A stretch of 57,345 nt of DNA, counting the filler, from Bipalium vagum (taxonomy: Eukaryota): the NCBI GenBank assembly GCA_037834085.1. It is 3 parts of 3 records of this genome, joined end to end, with 100 filler letters (N's around TTAATTAATTAA, not from the genome) between each part and the next. Parts side by side here need not be neighbours in the genome. Positions count along the whole stretch, not along the records: positions 37,415 to 57,345 come from JBBMKC010261223.1; 2 more parts are not named here. The stretch is one strand, 5' to 3'. Position numbers and translations under genes: made by a program. Positions 41,241-50,851 of this stretch are shown in pieces. The notes beneath the pieces are model-generated. The model was not told the origin of the DNA and made no database searches. It was given only the letters and a program-made list of their open reading frames with translations. Every line of letters starts with the position of its first letter. Position 1 is the first letter of the stretch.

Positions 41241-42707
41241 TGGTGGAACAAAACTCAAATTGCATTTTTTTCATCTGACATTTTTATAAAAAAAAAAAAA
41301 TTTAAGGTAATTGCACAACACAGTCTTGTACCAGAATTGATCCAACAAAGTTTTACATATGGTACCGAATTTCAAGATTTACTTACGATAGCAAATTAAG
41401 GTGATGAAGTTGGATTTAGCTTCAGTTTATGATCAAAACACAGAAGAACTTTAAAAGAATAAATACCGGTAAGATGTGTATCCACCTTACGATCACGAAT
41501 CATGAGTATTGCTGCTCAAAAAATGGACATGGCGATATAAATTACTGAGCATTATGAAATTTCCGGTATCATTTTGTTATTGAAGTTTAAAAGTTTCTTG
41601 TTCAGTTCAAAACATTTGTCAATGAACTTAAAACCCTGTATATGATTATAAATAATATATAATTATATAATAAAAATAACATTTAAAATAAAATACTCTT
41701 TTAATTTTAATTGGTTATTATTTAATAATATTTCAACAATAATAATGCCAGGACATTATAAAATAAATATCATTATAAAATTAAAAATTCCCGTGATCCG
41801 ATCACCCTCGCCAAAGAGTGATAAAATAAATGCCCTCTATTGCAGACCCATTCCCAAATATTGCTGTCATCAAAGTTTGCAGATTTTATGGGGGAAATAT
41901 TTCGAAAGTATAACTTTAATTGCTTTAATAAAGTCGTATTAGTTTCAGTGATTTTATCAAACTGAAATAAGTCAGGCAATGAGAGACTGCGATTTCCCAA
42001 ATAATTTAATTCATAATTTCCAGATTAAGTGTTTAAATTTGCGTTTTATTTTTTATTGATAATCTTCGAGATTCGAGAGGGAAATATTTGAGGAAATAAT
42101 TTCAGATTTCCAGTGAAGAAAATAAAATCAATTTTTAACTTTTTCATTCGGGCGAATCATTAATTGTTTTAATTTTTCTTTCACTGTTTTTATAGTACAT
42201 TAAAAATTATTATTATCCTCATTAATTTATGCTTCAATATTTTTTACGATTAATTCTATGAGGGACAGGGGTTAATTATAAAGATTTTTTATTATCAGAT
42301 GAATAGTAGAGTAATTATCATCTTATCTCTTCAGTATTTCTTTTAACTGAATATTTTAATGGAACTCCAGTAGAAAATTATGAAAGGCCTCTGTTAGACG
42401 TAATTATGTAATATGAATTAAAACATTAAGGGAACGTCTATTATATGTTGATACATAAGATTTTGAGTCAATTAGAATTATGAGTAGTGACATTGTGACC
42501 TGTGTCTTAGGCATGTGCAACAGTTTTAGCCCCGGAATTAGATTTGGGAAAAAATATGTTGCGGGCCGGACTAAATATTAAAATTCAAAATGGTAAATAA
42601 AACACGTTTTTTTATGTGGTGAGAATCCTTCCTTCGAATAATTAATTATAAGTGTGAGATATCTTGAAAATTAGTCGGGGGAAGTAGCTCACTAATTTTC
42701 ACTAACA

Positions 42708-42725
42708 TGGCGACCACACCAGGAC
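42708..42725 (+). promoter_or_regulatory. Primer-binding site complementary to a tRNA 3' end (tRNA-Arg type)
   Basis: Parses as TGG (anti-CCA) + C + GACCACA + CCAGG + AC, i.e. discriminator, 7-bp acceptor strand, 5-bp T-stem strand and T-loop end. It directly abuts the LTR terminal CA. Confidence 0.85.
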
Positions 42726-42863
42726 ACCAACCAGCGGACGAGGTCTCGGAAGTAAAAAGATCAAGGAATTGAATAGAAATAGAAGTAAAGAGACTCGGGG
42801 CGGTTAAGGGTATGGATGTGAGGTTTAAAGGAGGCGGATGTGAGATATCTTGAAAATTAGTCG

Positions 42864-42935
42864 GGGGATGTAGCTCAGCGGTCAGAGCAGTGCATGCGCA
42901 TGTGAAGGTTCCGGGTTCGAATCCCGGTATCTCCG
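42864..42935 (+). tRNA. tRNA-Ala-derived sequence within the 3' LTR (probably a Pol III promoter, not a translational tRNA)
   Basis: Acceptor stem GGGGATG/TATCTCC with G3:U70. D arm GCTC..GAGC with A box TAGCTCAGCGG. T arm CCGGG-TTCGAAT-CCCGG (B box). The anticodon arm is aberrant and the discriminator is G. Confidence 0.8.
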
Positions 42936-45900
42936 ATTAATTTTCACTAACAATAAGTAAATGATACCATAAAATTATCATAATAAATGATGCGAAATAA
43001 TTATACCGCGTGCACCACTAATTATGTTTTAATATCTGATTCTTTATTCGTAGTAGGTATTTTTAACACAACCTCCACATGTAAATCATTCAATCAATAG
43101 TTTGTTGAACTTTTATTTAAATTCATTAAAGAAAGGGTTTGTTTAGAATGATATGGTGAAATAACGTTAAAAAATACTTTGATAAGGTTTTAAAACTTTC
43201 TTAATTTTCATAACCAAACTTCGTGTAAAAATTACAGATTCACTTGATCTTTTTGATATTTCTCATATGAACACTCATCATATTGTAAATTAATTAATTA
43301 TTTATAATTATATATCAACAGGTACGTCATCAATTTTGGACAAAATGAATTTCGAAAGATGAATAATTTTTTATTCATTTTTTGAAACATTCAAAATCTA
43401 TCATTAACAAAGAACATTTTAATATTCTTTAATGATTGAGTCTTTCCTTTTAAAATATCTGCTAATATTGTCTGTAACGTTGGAAAAGGATCAAACTTAC
43501 ATTTGACTTGATTTTTAGCAAAAACTCTAAACTTCTATTTATAAGATTAAATCAATTTTCCACTTTCATTCTTCATTAAAATTTCAACATTTTATGTTGA
43601 ATTTTTGAAAGCATCCTGGGGGCGAATATGTACCTTAAACAACATTTTGAAAATCAAAAACATAACATACCCTATTAATATCTAAATTATATCGTATCTA
43701 ATTGAAGCAATATTAAATTTAAATAAAGAAAGAGATCACTATATTATAAATAAAACAAATATTTCGTTTAAACAAAGTTTGTGTGTTAAATAACAACTAA
43801 CAATAAAAATCGATCGATAATTCAATAATAATCGGAAGTTAGATATTAATATTGAAAATTTTTTCGCGGGCTGTATGTTGGTCTTGCTAAACAGTTTCCA
43901 GGGAATAATTGACCATAAATCAAAACATATCGACGTCTGAAAATTGAAAGACAACCTTATTTAAACAAAAAAAAACACGGGTTTAAAAAAATATTTTTTT
44001 AAAATTATTGTAATATTGCAAAATTCATTATTAAATGATTTATAAAATCCTCAAATTTCATTAAATTTCTAAGAATATTTTTGAAAACTACTTTCGCAAA
44101 TGCAGTTTCACTTGTACAACTCCAAAAGAAATAATATATCGCTTTCTTAGAATCCAATCAAATAAAATAAATTTAATTATTTTTTTTTCATAATTTTCTC
44201 TGCGAAAATTTGTAAGCTGAATTTGGGCTGATGAGGAAAATTCCATATTGAATTAGTATTAATATCCATATTTTTGATGGAAATCAGTTCATTATGCTCA
44301 AAGTAGCTTTGAGAATTTATATTCACAAGGGCGGGTATTAAACAAGTAGTCCTTTCTGTTTTTCCCAATTACCTAAAGTTGACCTTTTCATCGAATGATT
44401 GTCCTTTGGGTAATTATCCTTCAGATTCGAACGGTTTTCTTATGTAATTCTTAAAATAATGTCGTTTTATCACACTAACTTTAAATAATAAATAATAAAG
44501 AAATATTAAGAAATATATTTATAAGGAATATAAATATTAAAAATAAATAAAAAAAGATTAATAATGATAATAATAATAAAAAAAGAAATAAAAAAAAAGA
44601 AAAATATTTCTAATTTTCTTAAAAAGAGTTTAATTAAAATCCGATTAATTCTGAACAGATGGGTTAAATATTTTTTTGCCTGATTAGGCCTAAAGTAAAT
44701 ACATTTTGGGTAAAATTATTGATTGAAGTAATTACCTTTTCTTTAAGGTGGTATTGGTGCCTAAAATAAATATTTTTTAAAATTTTAATAATTTTTTCTT
44801 TTGCTTCTGTCAAGCCAGTGATGTTCATAGGGAGCGCACATCAATGATGACAGGTGAAAAGTCGGTCCAGGCCATAAATGCAGCTCTTAATCTGAGGAAA
44901 GATTACAGAGACAGAATTTTATTGAAAGTTCAACCAAAGTGAAAACTTTTAAAACACGAATAGATTGTATTTCAATTAAATAAGGTTTAAATGTGTGCAG
45001 CTGATTTTTCAAAATGGATGCACAGATTTCTTAAAATGTTACACTAAGGGTTCGTTGTCCATCCAGGAACCAAAAGGAAACTACTTAGTGAGCTCGTTTG
45101 GCATTTTCGTGGGTACGTTTTGTTCTTTTAATTAGTTTTTTTTATTTTTCATTTTAACTGGAATTTGAGTCTGAATTATTAATAATTTTTTGAATTATTA
45201 TTATATTTTTTGGGTATATCGTAAGTCAGTTCAGCATATAGTGTGGACAGGAACTAATTGAAGTTATTATCTTATTGTGAGTTTGAGTTATTGAAAAACA
45301 AAAGCGAAGAAATTAGATAGAACAACTTGGTTAATAAAAATATTAGAATAATCTTCAATGTGTGGTCAATGTACGTAAAAATTTAACCTAAATTTCATTA
45401 ATGCGATTTTCTTTCTACTTCACACACTCACAAGATTGAGAACAATTTCCTATTTTCCAAATCTTGATTTTTCAATTTCCTCCGTATCCTCAAGTCTGTT
45501 TACTATTGATTATTATTACAATATTTCAGCTTCCCAAATAAGTCGTAACCTTGACTGACTGTTAAACCTGACTTTTTCTCACCAATCTCTGATATCGTCG
45601 CCACTGAATTATCGATAATAACCCCTTTCTAATCGTTAGTTATTAGGATATCCTTGAGTACATAAATTCGTTACTTAGAAATGAATATTCTAAAAATTGA
45701 CGAACATTAATGAATGTACTCTCTCTGATAAATCAGTATAGCATCATGGTATCATGGTCGTTGTTTTGCTTATTTGGTCGACTATTGTCTTCTTTGGAAT
45801 GTAAAATAAACTTTTTCTTCTTTTGTGGCCAGGACATCGTTGCCAGTCACAATGGAAACCCTGTCACACAAAATAAATCTCATAAAGAATGTCGGAATAA

Positions 45901-46597
45901 ATTTGACTTATTGATTCAACCGCTTCAAATAACGTTTCCGCAGAATGAAATCCGCCAATCACGTGATTTCCGTGTTTTTTATCCGGTATTTTATGTCACT
46001 TTGAAAATGTTATTAAAAATATTCAAGTACGAATTCGAACTTTATATAATTGCAAATATAATCAAAAATTTTCAAAAAGTTCCCTGCCTGAAAAAAAATA
46101 ACAAGAAGCAGCATATGGAAAGAGGGAAAATAATTTTCAGAAATCAACAAAATATCACCTTGAGACAGTTGAAAAGTCTGGAAACAAAATAAAATAAATA
46201 TTAAAAAGAATATTAATGTTGCATAATTGGCAAATTTTCGTTTTCTTAATTACCAGAATTCATCGAAATTAATTTTTATTCAAGTCGATTTGATTTTTGT
46301 AATTACTATATTTTATTTAAAACTAATAACAGTCACAAGGAAATTTAATTACATTAAAACGAAAAATTTTATATTTTTCCTCTGATATTTTTCATTTATG
46401 AGGACGATTATTGAGAAAATACTTTCGTTAAAAATGAAACATTCTCATTTATTTCTTTTTTCTTGATTAAATTATTTCTATCGACCTTTTACAATGATAT
46501 TAATTATAAAGTGCGTTTTAAGAAATATTATTGACAAATAAATTTTGGAATCAATAGAGAATTTTTTGTTAATAATTATTTTAAAAATTAATAACTC

Positions 46598-46765
46598 TGT
46601 GTTGTGAGATTTAACTAATTGTGTGACGGGGTTGTCAGATTTAACTGGTAGCATCATGGGGTTGTCAGATTAAATTGGTTGTATAACGGGATTGTGAGAT
46701 TAAATTGGTTATTTATCGGGGTTGTCAGATTTAGATGGTTGTAAAAAGTGGTTGTCAGATTTAGT
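46598..46765 (+). repeat. Six-unit tandem array with a 30-bp period (GGGGTTGTSAGATTWARHTGGTT-N7)
   Basis: Units start at 46601, 46631, 46661, 46691, 46721 and 46751. Confidence 0.9.
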
Positions 46766-47718
46766 TAAAGATAGTAGTAATAGTCAAATAATAAGGAAAA
46801 TGGATCCATCATTTTTAGATAAATTAGCAGTTTTCAGCAATCTTGATTTGTCTGTTTGGCTAAGAAGAAAAGAATTGATTCAATTTGAACAAATCTGTGC
46901 TGACTGCAAATTTACAATGTCATTTAAGAGTGTTAAAGTGACATCAGATGGTTTTGTATGGAGATGCGATAACAATACCTGTAGAAAATATAAGTCCAGT
47001 CTAAGTAAAAGAACAGGTTTTTGGATTTCTGGATTTAAAATCAATATAAAAATACTTATAAGGGTAATAATTATTAAAATAATATTTTTATATTATTTAT
47101 TTAGGCAATGTATTTGTGGATAGAATATTGGATAGCTAATTCTATAATATTAGGAGGCCCTGATCAGACAGTGCAATGTGATGAAACAAAAATAAATCAC
47201 ATTGTCAAAGTTCACAGAGGAAGAACACCAATTGCACTTGGGTTTTAACCACTGTTGACACTTCTTTTAAACCCGCGAGAGGATACGCCGAAATTATACC
47301 CGATAAAAGAAGTGTCACAATTTTGCCTATTATAGAAAAGTTGGTTAAATTTGAATCAATAATTTATACAGATTAAGCCCGTTCTTACAACGTCTTGAGT
47401 CAGAAAGATTCTGGGTACAAACATAATACGGTTGTACATAAATACAATTTTGTTGATCCAGATACTGGCGTCCATACGCAAAATGTAGAAAGCTACAATA
47501 ACAAGTTAAAAAGAAAAATAAAAGATTGTCAAGGAATCGATGAAGACAAAAGAGAAGATTTTATTAATGAATTTATGTTCTTAGACTTGTTCAAAGAAAA
47601 TTCATTTAATGAAATATTTTTATTGTTAAAATTTAATAAATTTCTGGTTTAATTAATTTTTTTCATTTATTTTATGAAATATTCTTTTTTTAGTGTTGTG
47701 TTAATTTGTCCAAAAATT

Positions 47719-47832
47719 TGGGGTTGTGAAATTAAATTGGTTATTTATCGGGTTGTCAGATTTAGCTGGTTGTAAAAAGGGGTTGTGAGATTTAACTGGT
47801 TGTGTAACGGGGTTGTCAGATTTAATTCGTCC
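47719..47832 (+). repeat. Four-unit array of the same 30-bp repeat, in the same orientation as the left array
   Basis: Units start at about 47723, 47752, 47782 and 47812. Confidence 0.9.
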
Positions 47833-49639
47833 ACAATTTCTTATTTGCATTTTTTGGAATATTATTTGAATTTCCGTCATTTGATTGAAATATTAAAACA
47901 AAAAATATGTATATGTTTATATTAATTAGCGATTATCTGCAATTTAAAATTTACTCAATAAAAAAAATTCATTTAGTTTCAGGCACTTTTTTAACTTCCG
48001 CACGCTTATAATAATATTAATAATAATTATTATAATAATTATAATAATAAATAAAAAATAATATTAATTTAAGGGACGTAAATTATAAATAAATAAATTA
48101 TAAATAATTTATGAAATATATAATTTTAATAATGCATCTGTGTAACTGAAATAAAATTAATTTATTAATTTAAATCACTAAAATCTGCCTACCTCTATAA
48201 TTAATGAGAATTAATCAATACACTAAGTTGCCCACACACTCATGTCACAAAAGAAAGAACACGTTAAGTGATTATTAATTAAATAATGAATATTTGGAAT
48301 AATGCAATTTTCATTTGGAAAATAATTTATTTTACCAAAAATAATTTATTTTACAATTATACAAAGTCACTGATGCGAACACCTTAGCTTGGCCGTTATG
48401 AATTAATCTTCACAAGGCTGTGCCCGTAGTGAATAAAATATTTATGTTCGCGATTCAACTAAGGAATTTGGCAAAAAAATTCTTTCAGAAGATGCTCAAA
48501 TTTTTTCTTTTTCAAAGAAAAAATGGTTGAAAAATTATTTTTGTTTTTCCCAACAATGGAAGAAAAACAAATCCATTATTCAAGGATGCCCAAGCAACCA
48601 ATTGGTTTCCCTGTTTTGCTTTATTTTTGAACCTGGAGAAAGTAAACAACGACGTCTGTTGAACATTTGAAGGAAAAAGACAGAACGGACATCTCCAGGA
48701 AAAGAAGACAAATAATAATTCGTAGAAATGAAAAAGAATTTCAACAGTTAACACATCTTTTCAAATGAAAATATTACTTTATGGTTACCCAATCGATTAA
48801 TTATTTTTATGATTTTAATTAATGAATGAAAGTAATTTTTTCAATAATTACCCGTCCATTAACTTTGAATTCAACCATTAAAACTGTTCAAATTTGGAAA
48901 AATCCTAGAACCGAAGGATTTTAAATCAAAGCAAAAATGATAAATTCTTACTAATTTTTGTTTATTTAAACCTGATAAAAATGGCGCGAAAATTAAGCGA
49001 TTTTGAAACAAGTACAGAATGTTTATGGAAAGTGATTTTAATTAATTTAATGACTTCGTGGAACTCCTTGAACAATAAAGCTCTATTGAAGAGTTCATCA
49101 TCAGCTTAGCCTAAAGCTGGTTATTAGGTAATAATTGACTTAAATCTGATATGGATTAGGTGATCTCATTAACCTTCTTTGGATGTTTACAGAAAAATAT
49201 AATCTGTGTTCAGAACCATTGCGTAATGTGTTTTAATATGGACAACATTTCATATGACATTGTCTAATCAGAACCATAACAAATTAATTAATCTCCTTTT
49301 TCCTCGCTCACTCCGTCGAATAATTATACATAATAAACCATTTCCGAATAAATGACAGCCCTAATTCAATGTGAACAATTGAATTATATAACATATATTG
49401 TGTGCATATGTTGAAAGTGACCTTTTGCCTAAATTAGCGGTTTTATTAAAACTAATTTACTTGTTTAAGCAAATCAATTTATTTTTATGTTGTGTGAATA
49501 TTGTTCGAAATTATTTTCAGTAAAAAATGTTCGATTAAGTGTAATATATTTTTTTCATATACATTGGGATGGTGGCATATGTACCAAATAATCACTTTTA
49601 TTATCAGGAAAATCTTTTTCCAAAGCCCACAGATTACTT

Positions 49640-50150
49640 AATGAGACTTATAGCCACAATGGACTTTATCTTTGGCACTTTCGAAAAGATATACAAAGTC
49701 TCAGACAATAGACTTAAAGATATAGATCTTGAAACATTTAATTTTTAAAATCCATGTCAAACTCAACATGAACTGGAAAATTCGATGTTTGTCGGTCATC
49801 AAATCGTGGACATTTACAAACCACGGGGAATATTTCACAAGACAGGAAGATGAATATATTCCGAATTAAAGCCAAAGAAGAACTGATTTTGAAAAAGATA
49901 AATTCAGAAAATTTTATCTACCCTTCGATGTAAAATTTTACTCCATGTGGCATACTCATCTGACTGAGCTAATACCGACTAACCTCTGTGTCGGTTGATG
50001 ATACATTACTTGTTCAGCAGCACTTCCAATTCTTTAAAGAGATTGAAAAATGGGTCACCAAGTATGACAATTTTTTTCAACTCGGAATTCATAAACTTCT
50101 TGAATTATAGACAAATGTAATGACTAAAGATGGTCATTAATTTGATTGAT
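49640..50150 (+). mobile_element. Highly decayed mariner (Mos1-like) transposase relic
   Basis: Reads ILLHVAYSSD*ANTD...QQHFQFFKEIEKWV...FFQLGIHKLLEL*TNVMTKDGH*FD*. Confidence 0.65.
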
Positions 50151-50399
50151 GTATATTTTTGTGTATTAATAAAACCATTCTTTTGTTCAGAAAGGCTCTC
50201 TTTCAACGCACACAATTAAAACGAAAAGACCAGGACATGTACGAAATGTGGGATATCTTATTAAAATATATAAATAAAATATTTAAAAATACAAAAAGAT
50301 TTATCGTTTAATACCGATTTTTGTAGAAATCCCAGTTACCTTTTACTTAACGGTAATTAAAACCAACAAAAGAATATCAGAGTTAATTTAATTAAACGC

Positions 50400-50851
50400 A
50401 TCAAAACATCCGTCGGATTCAATATCAGTGCAATGAAATAATTCCATGAGTTCCTCGAGAAATTCAAGTTGACTTTAATGACTTTCTTTTGATATTCCCA
50501 TCTTTTTTGAAAGTATGGCATCCTCTAATCATCCAATCTTCCCACAGATTTGGTTTTTTAAAGATTTGCTTACAGAAAGATTTATAGGCTTAAGAAATTT
50601 CGTTGGTTCTCCAAGTATAACAAGCGCCGAATGATTTATAACTTGTTTTCTGACTGTTTCGTAAGTAAGATTTGTCTGAGTGAAATGAATCTATGATTTT
50701 CTGCATATGCATCAATGTCAAATTTTTCTGGGATTTTTATAAATTTCATAATTTTTACATTTACATAAAAAAACCTTACCAAATAGTTTAATTTACGAAG
50801 AATGGGTAATAAAACAGAAGTAACATTTTTGAAATTTTGCATTGTCATCAC
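50400..50851 (-). mobile_element. pogo/Tigger DDE_1 transposase relic
   Basis: Minus-strand LVILGEPTKFLKPINLSVSKSLKNQI/WEDWMIRGCHTFKKDGNIKR resembles pogo VIPGGxTxxLQPLDVSVNKPFK...W..WM..G.H.FT..GN. Confidence 0.65.

Larger units (their letters stand above)
42653..42952 (+). mobile_element. Complete 300-bp TRIM (non-autonomous LTR retrotransposon) with tRNA-derived LTRs
   Basis: TSD ATAAG at 42648-42652 and 42953-42957. 5' LTR 42653-42707 and 3' LTR 42839-42952 both run TGTGAG...CTAACA. PBS TGGCGACCACACCAGGAC at 42708-42725. PPT AAAGGAGGCGGA at 42827-42838. Confidence 0.93.
42508..43620 (-). mobile_element. hAT (Charlie/GTF2IRD2-like) transposon 3'-half relic hosting the TRIM insertion
   Basis: Terminus TAGGCATGTGCAAC...GCGGGCCGGA. 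Minus-strand KFDPFPTLQTIL and a dimerisation-domain-like SKQTLSLMNLNKSSTNY*LNDLHVEVVLKIPTTNKESDI. Confidence 0.62.
46598..47832 (+). mobile_element. Merlin (IS1595/ISXO2-like) DNA transposon, degenerate, with 30-bp repeat arrays at both ends
   Basis: From ATG 46800: zinc ribbon CADC...DGFVWRC...C, then ILGGPDQTVQCDETK...HRGR, IIYTD*ARSY and HNTVVHKYNFVDPDTGVHTQNVES, ending at 47652. The right end reads ...CAGATTTAATTCGTCC. Confidence 0.88.

Noticed and set aside
42864-42935. Functional tRNA-Ala(CGC) gene or an ordinary tRNA-derived SINE
   Set aside because: The anticodon arm cannot fold canonically, the discriminator is G, and there is no SINE tail. The sequence sits in a TG..CA repeat with PBS, PPT and TSD.
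45710-46192. 160-aa ORF as a real gene
   Set aside because: No recognisable motif or splice-supported structure; composition fits a chance ORF in AT-rich DNA.
46598-46765. CRISPR-like repeat/spacer appearance of the 30-bp array
   Set aside because: The variable parts are only about 7 nt and recur in the right-hand array. There are no cas genes, the context is eukaryotic, and the arrays flank a Merlin transposase.
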